DNA of 64,000 nt from IMG/VR virus record IMGVR_UViG_3300025626_002025, one strand, 5' to 3'. Position numbers and translations under genes: made by a program. Shown one piece after another: positions 10,701 to 19,069 of the stretch (positions within the stretch are counted from its first letter, which is position 1; every line of letters starts with the position of its first letter). The notes beneath the pieces are model-generated. The model saw only the letters and a program-made list of their open reading frames with translations, was not told the DNA's origin and made no database searches. Origin of the DNA: a virus.

Positions 10701-11692
10701 CTAAGTAATTCGGATGATTCTAATTTTGATTCTTGAACGAATTGGAAATCACCAACTGCATTTCTTGATTTTCTAAATACCTTAACACGAGCAACATCAC
10801 CCACAAAAGTTTTAAGTTTTGAAAAATCAATTTTTGCAAAAGAACCAGTTAATGAAGTTTCTCCAATTACTTGATTTTGAAAATCAGTATAACTTACAGA
10901 ATAAGAACCAGATTCAAACTCTTCTACGATGTTATTTACAGTATATGGTACATCAACAAGAACTTGTTTAGAATTTAATACTTCTATAATTCTAGGAGAA
11001 TAGTTTAAACCGGCAAGATTAATTACATTTTCATCTACATCAACATCCCAAGAACCACTTGTTCTTTCTAAACCATATGATACTCCAGCTCTCCATGTAG
11101 ATAAATCAGAACCAACATCTGGTACTAGTGCAAATCCATGTACATGACCAGTTTCAGTTACGGTTGGAATACTTTTTGAAAATATAGGTTTTATTAACTC
11201 TGTAATTTCAACAGTAGGTCTTTTATAGAATCTTACAATACTTTCGTTTGATAGATTTTTGTTTACTTGAAATGTTTTTTCCCACTTAACATTATAAACA
11301 CCCTTCCATTCATTTGGTACATCTACTAGAGCTCCAAAAGAATCTCTATATTTTTTTAATTCACCAAGTATGGTTATTTTTCCTGCTCCAATTGGGGTAT
11401 CATCATAGATATGAACTGATATTAATTTAGATGTACCTTCATAATATTCTGGTACACCATTACCAGGTTCAAAGTATATAGGATTTCCTTCTACATCGAG
11501 TAACTCTATTTTAACGTCAGAACTTTCTTTTAATTCAGGACAACCTTCTATAAGAAATCCATTTTTTCCACCTGTTAATGTTTCCCTAAGTTCAGTAATT
11601 TTGAAATATTCCGAATTTGGGTTATCATCATTAACAAATGTTGAAAAATTAGTAAGATTTTGAAAAGGTGAGAATTTTTTAATAATTGCCAT
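4790..11692 (-). CDS. Giant tail fibre / receptor-binding structural protein with tandem Ig-like repeats and a C-terminal peptidase-G2/chaperone-like domain
   Basis: 2300 aa, rich in S/T/G; six ~100-aa repeats (P-x6-PxAQT...); C-terminal VGDLV...IVGI...KVCNQGGDVSRGDLLCSSD...VAKAMED...YCG. Confidence 0.75.
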   Translation of the reverse strand: MAIIKKFSPFQNLTNFSTFVNDDNPNSEYFKITELRETLTGGKNGFLIEGCPELKESSDVKIELLDVEGNPIYFEPGNGVPEYYEGTSKLISVHIYDDTPIGAGKITILGELKKYRDSFGALVDVPNEWKGVYNVKWEKTFQVNKNLSNESIVRFYKRPTVEITELIKPIFSKSIPTVTETGHVHGFALVPDVGSDLSTWRAGVSYGLERTSGSWDVDVDENVINLAGLNYSPRIIEVLNSKQVLVDVPYTVNNIVEEFESGSYSVSYTDFQNQVIGETSLTGSFAKIDFSKLKTFVGDVARVKVFRKSRNAVGDFQFVQESKLESSELLRDITTNSDTELSYGRFDESNLSNYWITSSNDHVVSVDSDTLSQALKFDYNTTAGGVQKLITSQSLSVSKDVEYTLNFKTILSGALDDTDKSITAYFSSSNFTQNFLTIDGSAIYRARQSVSQNIISENTGDAKLVFEVQGDDWYISNASLRNAQDTSFSPDEFTLIQDIPRKTISETFDFKFEFYDINNNYIPVDVLAVGVFDGGNDFPTSAKLLTFESDRNAFRFSSGSVQNPKGQQIQFKLTQNNLTGSTLFESSAFDTDGNYLNPSDYTQYPGLLTSVNPAGGIITINNFTGSRTDGLYEPFVGSVVYTASLESEQEFETVYRLEDGDNAPQLIVTSNANQFTYEPTTLSSKPSGQSITVRAQRKNLASLITPIEVNSGSNRPPLNFVETVNGIDSYSITSNQFSASFASNNFDEVTYSFTGSDVFGNKQSDEITLSKVINFDAVSLVLSNESTTFPAKSTGVVIGGLASSVGTVQMNIGSSQITHDDVGDGRAKNTFDITSVSGTNVTPISTSPTSNSYGISAFSNTKDSGSLTLNIEYLAGDNATSQSFQKIVSYTKAKNSVPNIELAVSPIAQTIAGNSRGSGSATPNNLTLSATEGGTSRFGSIGNPTYSGGLTGSISTNTIVITDSASDMTSDTETITIPVIFTDSEGTQGTKTIVSTISRTRVGQPNVEVSGRPLAQTIEANSLGSGSATPQNILVKATEGGTDRFTSIHTPTFSNGLTGSISSNTLSITSTASDMTDDTGTILIPVKFTDGEGTLGQKDVQVVVTRVRKAQPSSNFKADPQAQTIDADSLGSLNSNITDITIKGADGNTELTYNQGTLGAGEFKITDVTGVTVADTTPSTSTIDVTSFSGNSAIGIASISFKDFEGTLGTQQVKFSFSKATAAVPNVEVFVTPQAQTINANSVGSGSDVPSSLRIDAREGGTNRFTSFGTIAFTGGLDGSGDNSTEIFTFSSDASDMTSDTGTVSIPVNFTDGEGTTGTKTIEATVSRVRLAQPNTNFSVTPAAQTIAANSDGTLTGTIQDVTIDGFDGNTALTYNQNATLSPGQYKITNVTGVTVSDTTPSSSTIDITGFSGDSATGTASIAFKDTEGTIGTTSIKFTLSKSKKATPTTIISANPQAQTVDSNSDFSTVGTPSAVTIIVNEGGSDYEYDSSGDIDLNKFRITGVTNGTNNNDKTITPDTPSDGDGTTSVVTLSYTNSEGTTLTGKTITINVGVAVQGDDGAIGNDGKRTATGMVHYQESGSTQPSTPSATSYTFSNGTFTSLTTDWGLDAPTYSGGNDNVYWYSTYSVVETTAGGGTGTPTFGDANQAIGFTGLVTFTADDSVSNGSGNALSFGTSGTTAIHGDNISTGRIISTNWNDSASGTTNGISDTTGYAAAGMAINLDSGSIHAKEFKITSNGDASFSGTLSAAGGSFDGDISAATGTFGGSITIGSGDDVFKAGASGIQLGDATFGDAPFRVNMSGDAVMNSATIGPVSVTSTVFKVGTGTDFGNSNTQLYIDSDGQFSLGDKLTFNSDGNLSMTGAITIAAGSTSEVDFGAGAAASASAAQTNAQNFASTAAGNAATSASAAQTAANTANTTISNNSAAWSAGDPNPTTFTPTSAAGTGAGLHLGNNRLGYNDGSNWKTYMDSSGNFYLGGTSGALTWTAGTSTLNVNRITATAGSVGGWGIGSTTLGGTTADDTYGTLTLGSTGYISAPEFKISAAGTATFKGVVESGAKLSDGTNTKAWSTLFELDSTEIKLKSNALVGTTRLNTRFATYDGYNSLISANTTKTTANANEILSINQQFTSGHQYVKQNNVSIDVGDLVKLDSNNQIIKSTTAKDTEIVGILWKEPKSGSAEYDSLGDTFAENERDTKTMWKVASVGDSFDSGSTSYLPGFKVCNQGGDVSRGDLLCSSDTEGYLMKQPSEWVITSFDGDSNPQYEERQSQCSYTVAKAMEDVVFDSNGLAVGVYGYLYCG
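7020..9005 (-). repeat. Six ~300-nt coding repeats within the tail fibre, in order A-A-B-A-B-C
   Basis: Units begin SPIAQTI, RPLAQTI, DPQAQTI, TPQAQTI, TPAAQTI and NPQAQTV; A units carry EGGTxRF, B units carry DGNTxLTYNQ. Confidence 0.8.
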
Positions 11693-11715
11693 ATATAATT
11701 TCCTATTATTCTTAC

Positions 11716-11723
11716 TATAAATA
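11716..11723 (-). promoter_or_regulatory. Putative late promoter TATTTATA upstream of the tail fibre (representative of 13 intergenic copies)
   Basis: Other copies at 3745, 3774, 17290, 18454, 21093, 26768, 34478, 36741, 51181, 56734, 60409 and 61571; all but 3774 lie about 16-31 nt upstream of a start codon. Confidence 0.65.
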
Positions 11724-11771
11724 TATTTAAATTATATTTACTAATATATATTCAATAGAAATCTATACACT

Positions 11772-11945
11772 ATGGGAAAATACACTACAATACAAGTAAA
11801 ACGAGAACTATATAAGGAATTACATAATTACTGTTGTGAGAATGGTTATTCTAAAAGTGGGTTAATTGAAAGATTAATAAAACAAAGAATCAATCAACCC
11901 AATCAACCAAAGCCTACAAATGCCTTAAGAGTTTCTAAAACTTAA
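11772..11945 (+). CDS. Small ribbon-helix-helix-like DNA-binding protein, 57 aa (not in the ORF track)
   Basis: Hand translation MGKYTTIQVKRELYKELHNYCCENGYSKSGLIERLIKQRI...: an alternating beta-strand, a helix, a G-x-S-x-S turn and a second helix. Confidence 0.7.
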   Translation: MGKYTTIQVKRELYKELHNYCCENGYSKSGLIERLIKQRINQPNQPKPTNALRVSKT

Positions 11946-14900
11946 CGTTTGAGAATCCTTTTTCTTTTTTAATTGTAATCAAGTCATCTACTACATCTCT
12001 CATAGAATCTATGTGTGAGATAATCATTACGAAATCAAATTGAGTTTTAAGGTATGTAAACAACATAAATAAAGATTGTAAGTTCTCACTATCTAAAGTA
12101 CCAAATCCTTCATCTATAACGAGGAAATTAGGTCTAGGAAGGTTACATACATTTATAAGTGCAACTCGAATTGCCAATCCACTAATAAATCTTTCCATTC
12201 CACTACACATTTCTAAACTCCATCTCTGGTCTCCATACACTAAATACGCATTAATGTTTTTACCATCCATTTCAAGTTGCATTCCAAATTCAACGATTTG
12301 AGCCAAGATATTGTTTACCTCACCTTCAATCATTGGTAATGCCTTTTCAATTAATTCATAAGAAACACCATCTTTAGAAAGAGCATTTAAGTAGAAATCA
12401 AATAACCTACTCTGAGTTTCCATTTCTTTAACCTCGTTGATTCTATCTTCAATAGTTTCCTTTTGGTTCTGTAATGCCGATACTTTACCATTTAATTTAA
12501 GAACTTCTGTATTTACTTTTCTTAAATCATCTTTAGTAACATTCAGTTTTTCTCTAACCGATTGTATTTCAGTTCGTATCTCTTTATTCTTTATAATCTG
12601 CTTTTCATTCTTATAATATTCCTTTATAAGTTGGTCCTGTTGACTAATTTGTTGTTTATTTCGTAATTCTTCAGTTTCAATTGTTGATAACTTGTTGATA
12701 AGTTGTGATATCTCTCTATCAATTTTATCTTCTTTATCTTTTGCATCTAAATAGTTATTCCACTCATCAGCATATCCTTTTAAAGAATCAATCACCAACA
12801 TCAATTGCAATCGTGTCTTATCATTATCTGTAAATAACTCTTGATAATGAGATATATCGGCTTCTACCTTTTCTTTTTGTTGTAGAATAGTTTCAGAGTT
12901 TTCCATACAAATATCACACTCTTCATTATATTTGTGTTTATCTAAGTGGTCTTTTCTTTCATATAAAGAATCTTTTTTAATATTGATTTTATCAATTGTA
13001 GATTCAATATCTCTTAGTTTATCCTTCGAATCTTTTAATTTACCAATACCATCTTCTAATTCTTCTTCATCAAATTTATCAACGATTTCATCTAAAGTGA
13101 TTTGTAATTCTTCTCTATGGGTAATTCTATCTTGTGTAGATTTTTTATCCGATTCAATTGTATCTCGTTTGGTTTTGAGTAATTTAAATCTTTTTTCAAG
13201 TTCTTCAATAGCTACACCACTATCTGCGTTTAATTTTACAACCTTCTCATTTAGAGATATAATCTTTTTATTTAAAACATCTTCCTCATCTTTAAGAGAT
13301 TTTTGATTCATCTCATAAAGTTTATACTCGTTTTTATTTGATTTTAAATCAGTGTCGATTCCCGCTAATTTTGTGGTAAAATCATCACTCTTAAATTTTC
13401 TGATAAGTGTTGCATTATCTCGGTTCTCATCAGATGCTTTCTGATGGAGTTTATCAAAGATGTTGACTCCAATAAATTGGGAAAGTATTTCTTTTCTTTC
13501 ACTTTGTGATTTATCTATAAAGAGTGCATTGTTTCCTTGTAAGGATAGTGCAGTTAGAACAAAATCTTCGAATTTACCCAAATACTTCTCTATCTCCTTA
13601 TTAGTATCTTTTCGTTGTTCACCATTAAGTGATTCAATAACTCCGTTGTTATCTCTCCAAAAATCTACATCTACTTTTACCGATGTTGCTTTTCTAACAT
13701 ATTTGGCTCTTCTTTCAATATAGTAATTGATACCATCTATCTCGAAGTTAAACTTACAATAGAAGTTTGTCTTACGATTATTAATGATGTTTTTAGAGAT
13801 GTTTGTACGAGAAGTCTTATCGTAGATACAAAAAGATAATGCATCGAAGAGAGAGGATTTACCAGAGGCATTTGGAGCAAAGATACCAACGATACCTTGA
13901 GCTTTATCAAACCTTACTTTATTATCCTCACCATAAGAGAACATATTAGAAAACTGAAACTCTTTAGGTGTCCATAAAATATTACCCATCATATCTGATT
14001 CATCAATATGTGAATTCAATTCTGAGTTTATTTCTGCTATCTTATCTAATTCATCATCTTCTAAAAGATATTGTCTTTCTAAGTAATCTCTAATGAGTTG
14101 GTTTTGGAATGTTTCATTCTTAACATCACCAACAATATTTTTGTTTACCTTTTGATTTGTTTTTAATTGTCCGATTGTATCGGTTCTTGTTACAGTAACT
14201 TCAGCAACTTTGAATAACTTCTTTAATTCAGTTATTCTTCTTTTCATATCAGAAGCTTCTGTCTTTGTAAACCTTAATCTCAATCGTGGATACCTTGGTA
14301 GTTTAGTATCAATTTCATCATATACCCATTGAGGTATCTTACCATTAACCACATCAACTGTAAGAAATCCATAATCATTATGTAAGTGATGTTCTGTGAA
14401 AGTTCTTGTAGGAATATCCCAAAGTAAGTAACCATGATTTTCTAGCAACTCCCCATGATTCTGTTGAACCATAGAACCAGCATAAGCAATATGTTCGTAA
14501 CCTTCTCCGAAAGTTTGTCGTTTGTGGATATCACCCAACATAGCCATATCGAATCCATCGAACATATCCACTTGGAATGAGTTAGAGGAAACGGTATAGC
14601 CAATATCTGTTTGAGCTTTGTTTACTGGTCCATGAAAAAGGCAGATTGTATTTTCTCCATCAACGGTATTTCCTTTAGGCCAATTTTCCTTGTTATCCAA
14701 TATAGAATAAACAACAAAAGTAAGATTGTGAATAGGGTAAACACCAGTATCACGAAGATAATGAATTCTATCATTTCCAAGATTTTCGATAATAGGTGTG
14801 AGTACATCAAGTCTGTGGGAATTATTTAAATTACAATCGTGGTTACCTGTGATTAACACAGTTTCTCTTAACTTCGCACACTCGGTGAGAAACCAAGATA

Positions 14901-15093
14901 TTTCGTGTACGAGTTCAGGTGACATCTCTGTTTTAGCATGAGCAATATCACCGGCAATATAAATGAGGGAATCCTCAATTTTATCTTCTTTAACTTTTTT
15001 TAGGAATTTTTTGAATACTATTCTATATTCTTTGTGCCTTTGGAGATTTCTAATGTGTAAATCTGCAAGGTGGTAAACCTTATTTATTATCAT
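11935..15093 (-). CDS. Fused Mre11/SbcD nuclease and Rad50/SbcC ATPase (T4 gp47-gp46-like recombination nuclease)
   Basis: Phosphoesterase motifs DLH, GD, GNHD, HG and GDIH; Walker A APNASGKSS, Zn-hook CDIC, signature CSGME, Walker B FLVIDEGFGTLD and H-loop ISH. Confidence 0.92.
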   Translation of the reverse strand: MIINKVYHLADLHIRNLQRHKEYRIVFKKFLKKVKEDKIEDSLIYIAGDIAHAKTEMSPELVHEISWFLTECAKLRETVLITGNHDCNLNNSHRLDVLTPIIENLGNDRIHYLRDTGVYPIHNLTFVVYSILDNKENWPKGNTVDGENTICLFHGPVNKAQTDIGYTVSSNSFQVDMFDGFDMAMLGDIHKRQTFGEGYEHIAYAGSMVQQNHGELLENHGYLLWDIPTRTFTEHHLHNDYGFLTVDVVNGKIPQWVYDEIDTKLPRYPRLRLRFTKTEASDMKRRITELKKLFKVAEVTVTRTDTIGQLKTNQKVNKNIVGDVKNETFQNQLIRDYLERQYLLEDDELDKIAEINSELNSHIDESDMMGNILWTPKEFQFSNMFSYGEDNKVRFDKAQGIVGIFAPNASGKSSLFDALSFCIYDKTSRTNISKNIINNRKTNFYCKFNFEIDGINYYIERRAKYVRKATSVKVDVDFWRDNNGVIESLNGEQRKDTNKEIEKYLGKFEDFVLTALSLQGNNALFIDKSQSERKEILSQFIGVNIFDKLHQKASDENRDNATLIRKFKSDDFTTKLAGIDTDLKSNKNEYKLYEMNQKSLKDEEDVLNKKIISLNEKVVKLNADSGVAIEELEKRFKLLKTKRDTIESDKKSTQDRITHREELQITLDEIVDKFDEEELEDGIGKLKDSKDKLRDIESTIDKINIKKDSLYERKDHLDKHKYNEECDICMENSETILQQKEKVEADISHYQELFTDNDKTRLQLMLVIDSLKGYADEWNNYLDAKDKEDKIDREISQLINKLSTIETEELRNKQQISQQDQLIKEYYKNEKQIIKNKEIRTEIQSVREKLNVTKDDLRKVNTEVLKLNGKVSALQNQKETIEDRINEVKEMETQSRLFDFYLNALSKDGVSYELIEKALPMIEGEVNNILAQIVEFGMQLEMDGKNINAYLVYGDQRWSLEMCSGMERFISGLAIRVALINVCNLPRPNFLVIDEGFGTLDSENLQSLFMLFTYLKTQFDFVMIISHIDSMRDVVDDLITIKKEKGFSNVKF

Positions 15094-16034
15094 AAACCTT
15101 TTAATTTTTGTGATATAATATCACCGAATCCTGTTTGTTTGGATTCTTTTAATTTATTATTTACTTCTGTGAATCCCATATCAGATGCATCTTTATCTGT
15201 GGGTTTAATATTTTTTGTAGTGATTCCTTGATTTTGGAATTGCATAGTATAACGCAATGCTTGTTGTTGAGCATCTTCATCTAATAAGATGTTAATACTT
15301 TTTACTTCGTTTTTATAAATAGCTTCATTTAATTTAGTAGGAATAAATTTACCTAAAATTGGAATAGAATTTCTCTTAACAGCCATTGCATCAAATACAC
15401 CTTCTACTAATGTTATTGGTTCATTCCAATTTATTTGATTTTCAAACATGATAACATTCTTCGAAACTGGTGGATTTTTATATTTAAACTTTTCCTCAGG
15501 ATGTACAGACCTTGCGATGAAGTAATTGAGTCTATTGTCCAAATCATAGGAAGGAATGATAATACGATTGGAATACATACCACCATCACAATAACCGATA
15601 TTGTACTTTGTAATATCTTCTTTAGTAATACCTCTATCTTCAGCATACTTAAGAGCCTTTCTGTACACAGGATTTACTTTACCCTCTGGTACTTTTAGAA
15701 GTGATTTAAATTCAATTGGTAATCGTAACTCTACTTTTTCTTCTTCAGTATCTTTTGAGTAAACTATATAATCATCTCCATAGATTTCAAATAACTTTTT
15801 TAATCTACGAGCATCTACATGAAGTCTTTTTAATAACCTCTGTATCTTTCTTCCTTTTGCATCACATACCCAACAATGCCAATATTGTGTTTTTAAGTTA
15901 ACCTGTAACTTTTTCTTGTGGTGGTGACAGAATGGACAATGATGAGCTTGTTCATCATTTTTCATTGGTGTACCAACACCCAATACATCATTTAGTATGT
16001 TTATAACTTCTTGTTTCTCGTGATGTGAGAGCAT
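15090..16034 (-). CDS. DNA primase (Zn finger plus TOPRIM)
   Basis: CPFC...HCWVC, RIIIP, KYKNP, LVEGVFDA and LLDEDA. Confidence 0.88.
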   Translation of the reverse strand: MLSHHEKQEVINILNDVLGVGTPMKNDEQAHHCPFCHHHKKKLQVNLKTQYWHCWVCDAKGRKIQRLLKRLHVDARRLKKLFEIYGDDYIVYSKDTEEEKVELRLPIEFKSLLKVPEGKVNPVYRKALKYAEDRGITKEDITKYNIGYCDGGMYSNRIIIPSYDLDNRLNYFIARSVHPEEKFKYKNPPVSKNVIMFENQINWNEPITLVEGVFDAMAVKRNSIPILGKFIPTKLNEAIYKNEVKSINILLDEDAQQQALRYTMQFQNQGITTKNIKPTDKDASDMGFTEVNNKLKESKQTGFGDIISQKLKGL

Positions 16035-16053
16035 AATTACACTTTTAACAATA

Positions 16054-16084
16054 CAAATATACGAAAAATATTTTAATTTTCCAA
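16054..16084 (-). promoter_or_regulatory. Bacteroidota-type housekeeping promoter (TTG-N20-TATATTTG) upstream of primase
   Basis: Matches the -33 TTTG / -7 TAnnTTTG consensus; one of seven copies with identical 20-nt spacing. Confidence 0.7.
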
Positions 16085-16519
16085 GTCTTTTCTAAAAAAC
16101 TTTCCTAAAAGGTTATCATTTAGTGATAACTCATCTCCTAATACATTGTGAGAGAACTGTTCTTGTAGTTCATAATAGGTTAAAGCCTTCTTTCCTTTAC
16201 AGAATCTAAGTATTTCTAACTTTAATGTATCGTTTATCTTTCCCCTAGGTTCTTCTTCCAATGCCATAGCATTTGAATGAAACCAAAGTTGTACTGAAGC
16301 ATTTGATGAACGATAATCTAACCACTTAGATTCTTTTACTACTTTTCTTTTTCGTTTATAACCTTTTAATGGCGGTAATGTTCTGTGTGAATATAGGGAT
16401 TTTTTCCCAATATAATATTGACCAGTTTCTCCGTTGGTTATTTTGTATATGAATCCGATAGTACCTTCTGGCATATCTGATATCTCTGTTATACATTTTC
16501 CTTTATATGTCCATCCCAT
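16073..16519 (-). CDS. GIY-YIG endonuclease (T4 EndoII/Seg-like)
   Basis: GFIYKITN...YYIGKK, W..Y.SS and EILRFC...E...NDN; likely start MGWTY. Confidence 0.75.
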   Translation of the reverse strand: MGWTYKGKCITEISDMPEGTIGFIYKITNGETGQYYIGKKSLYSHRTLPPLKGYKRKRKVVKESKWLDYRSSNASVQLWFHSNAMALEEEPRGKINDTLKLEILRFCKGKKALTYYELQEQFSHNVLGDELSLNDNLLGKFFRKDLEN

Positions 16520-17075
16520 AGTTAAAAATCTTGAAATCATTATAATACCTCTCTCTAACCCACTCTTTCATCCACTCTTCAGAATACAAATATTTGTAGT
16601 ATTTATGTTGATTTAAGTTAGGGTGTTTTTCGTAAATTGGATTACGGTTTATATGAGGAATATCTTCTTTTATATTTAATTTATTAAAAACATAATCAGT
16701 ATCTTCTTTAAAGTTTTCATATCTACCAATAAAGGTCATTTCTTTATCATTGGAATCTATCTGATGTGTGTAGTATGATTGGTTCAAAAACCACAAATCA
16801 TATGCATTTGCATTTTTTAAAAAATGCTCAAAACTCATATGTTGTGTTTTTCTAGTTTCATGAAAGTATGCTGATGCTATTCTTGTGAATGGATTTCTCA
16901 CAAAAGTAAATTTAAAATATTCCATCATGTTATACTCTAATATTCTTAGAGAATCGTGACCGGCAGGATTAGTAGTATTTGGTTGAACTCTTAATACCTG
17001 AGAAATACTTGTACCACCTGTTTTAGGAATATGAACATATGCCCATTTATCCTTCGAGTTAATATATAAACCCAA
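16503..17075 (-). CDS. Carbohydrate sulfotransferase (Sulfotransfer_2 family)
   Basis: 5'-PAPS loop HIPKTGGTS, 3'-PAPS motif FVRNPFTRIASAY, FIGRYEN and C-terminal DFKIFNY; TTG start. Confidence 0.85.
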   Translation of the reverse strand: MGLYINSKDKWAYVHIPKTGGTSISQVLRVQPNTTNPAGHDSLRILEYNMMEYFKFTFVRNPFTRIASAYFHETRKTQHMSFEHFLKNANAYDLWFLNQSYYTHQIDSNDKEMTFIGRYENFKEDTDYVFNKLNIKEDIPHINRNPIYEKHPNLNQHKYYKYLYSEEWMKEWVRERYYNDFKIFNYGMDI

Positions 17076-17086
17076 AATCTAAGGTT

Positions 17087-17266
17087 TTAGCGTGAAACAG
17101 AATCGGAGTATTTTTTCTCGTTGAGTTTTCCACCCCTAGCTTTAGCTAAGTTTTCTTCATTTGATAAATCTTTACCACCATCCAAGTCGATTGGTGTTTT
17201 ATCATTTTTAGATTTGCCTACTTTTGCGAATTCTGATTTGTTGTATAGTTCTTCTATTGATGCCAT
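17087..17266 (-). CDS. Small hypothetical late protein, 59 aa (MASIEELYNKSEF...; not in the ORF track)
   Basis: Translated by hand; preceded by AAGGAG and a TATTTATA motif. Confidence 0.7.
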   Translation of the reverse strand: MASIEELYNKSEFAKVGKSKNDKTPIDLDGGKDLSNEENLAKARGGKLNEKKYSDSVSR

Positions 17267-17301
17267 AATTTAGTATCTCCTTTGTATAATATAAATATAG
17301 A

Positions 17302-18435
17302 TTAAGTATCGAAACGAACAATAAAGTTCATATCCATATCTGGTAAATTCTTAATTGGTGTTGGTAATTTTGCTACTGCAACCATATCTCCATCATCATC
17401 GTATAATGCAATAGTTGTAATAAATGGTGCTAGATAAGAACCGGTTGGGTCGGTTTGTCTATATGTATCATAATCATCCCAACTACCAGTTGAAGTTCCT
17501 ATTGAACCATAGAACTCACTTTTTTTGCTAATATCCAACACTTGTTTTATTTTTATACTACCATCTCGTGAATGTGTGCCTGTTCGAGTAACCTCATGAA
17601 ACTCAGGTGTAGCAAATAACTGAACATCTACTGCTGATGGATTTTGTGAGGTATTAAACTCACCTGCCTTAACACTAACAAGTACTTCAGTTTCATGTAT
17701 TGTTTTAGTACTTCGATATCCCATAGTATAATTATCAATAGGATAATCCCATACAACAAGTGTTCCATCTGAATAGAATACATTACCATATCTTGCTTCA
17801 TCGATTTCTAATCCATCGAAATCCATTGGTACTGCAGTAGTAATTGATGAATTGGTTAAATCTAATATGCCTACACTTACTTGGTCTGTATCACCATTAA
17901 AAGTCATTGTACTAACACCCGTATCAAAATCAATTCCTAAAAAACTACCTGAAAATAATTCGTTATCCGCATCTTTTAAAAGAATATCACCTGTTTCAAA
18001 ATCAATTGATTCTAGTCCATAGAGAGGTACAGATGATACAATATTTCCTTGCCCATCATCAGCAAAATCTATACTATTAGTAGGGTCTTTTAATGTAAGT
18101 GAATTCCTTTTTATTGCTTCACCATACTTTTCTTGGTCTATTGAAATAACATATGCAGTAGAACCAGTAACTCGGTATTTATCAATTCGGCCGATATCAG
18201 GAACTTCACCAAATAAAGTAAATGGATTTGTATCAGGATGATAATACTTAGAAGTTATAGATTTTAATAAAGGATGTGTAAATATCGTTCCTTGTTTATT
18301 AAATGAACCAGTATCAAAATCCCCTACCTCAAGTGAACCAGAAATTACTTCACTATCCTCTTTGGTTAGGGTGAATTTCTTGTACACAGGAAAACTCTTC
18401 CTCCATACCGCTGATTTAGGTATATTCTTTATCAT
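17302..18435 (-). CDS. Baseplate/tail structural protein with a C-terminal tail-collar (DUF3751-like) half-domain
   Basis: C-terminal ITTIALYDDDGDMVAVAKLPTPIK...FIVRFD; paralog of 19149..20378. Confidence 0.6.
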   Translation of the reverse strand: MIKNIPKSAVWRKSFPVYKKFTLTKEDSEVISGSLEVGDFDTGSFNKQGTIFTHPLLKSITSKYYHPDTNPFTLFGEVPDIGRIDKYRVTGSTAYVISIDQEKYGEAIKRNSLTLKDPTNSIDFADDGQGNIVSSVPLYGLESIDFETGDILLKDADNELFSGSFLGIDFDTGVSTMTFNGDTDQVSVGILDLTNSSITTAVPMDFDGLEIDEARYGNVFYSDGTLVVWDYPIDNYTMGYRSTKTIHETEVLVSVKAGEFNTSQNPSAVDVQLFATPEFHEVTRTGTHSRDGSIKIKQVLDISKKSEFYGSIGTSTGSWDDYDTYRQTDPTGSYLAPFITTIALYDDDGDMVAVAKLPTPIKNLPDMDMNFIVRFDT

Positions 18436-18475
18436 AGTATTATTACTCCTCTATATAAATATGATGAAATTAAAA

Positions 18476-19069
18476 TCATAGAAGTTCTTTGGATATTTGA
18501 TAATCTAACAAAGAAGTTATATCAGAATCAGGAGCTCCCATTCGTTGAGTAAAGTATTCATCACTCAAACTTTCTTCTCTTAGATAACCAGTATCTTTTA
18601 TAATATGCCACATATCATCCAGTCCTTTTATTAATCCACCTTTTTTATCTACACATTTTATTAGCTTTTTAGCTCCCGTAGGCCAAACCATATAACAAAG
18701 TATAGATGATTGTTTAGGCATTAACCAAAACACATCCAAATCTTTTTTTACGATATCTTCAAATTTAAAATCAATAGGTTTTATTATTTCAGTATCATCT
18801 TCAAATATAATGTAAGGGATATTATCTGATATACATTGTTTTAACATTAAGATATGTGATTTATTTGCACATACTAATGATGGTATGTGTATTTTATAAT
18901 GAGCATATATGTTACCATCAATCCAATTAGTATCGTATTCAGATAAGGTGTAATTTTTACCATCTAATCCATAAAAATATTCATATTGAAAATCAGAAAA
19001 TCTTGAATCAAAGAGTTCTCTTCTATCGTTTCTTCTTTTTAATGATAATACTTTTATTTTATAACTCAT
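18476..19069 (-). CDS. Glycosyltransferase family 25
   Basis: VLSLKRRNDRR, YGLDGK, CANKSH, IIFEDD and CYMVWPTGAKKL; likely start MSYKIKV. Confidence 0.8.
   Translation of the reverse strand: MSYKIKVLSLKRRNDRRELFDSRFSDFQYEYFYGLDGKNYTLSEYDTNWIDGNIYAHYKIHIPSLVCANKSHILMLKQCISDNIPYIIFEDDTEIIKPIDFKFEDIVKKDLDVFWLMPKQSSILCYMVWPTGAKKLIKCVDKKGGLIKGLDDMWHIIKDTGYLREESLSDEYFTQRMGAPDSDITSLLDYQISKELL

Noticed and set aside
4790-11692. Diversity-generating retroelement target in the tail fibre
   Set aside because: No reverse transcriptase and no adenine-specific TR/VR pair was seen in the window; the repeats are in-frame domain duplications.
660-17075. Eukaryotic giant-virus origin, suggested by GT7, the sulfotransferase and fused Mre11-Rad50
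   Set aside because: The gp6/gp25 baseplate, gp55-like sigma, peptidoglycan hydrolase, bacterial promoters and operon packing all indicate a tailed bacteriophage.
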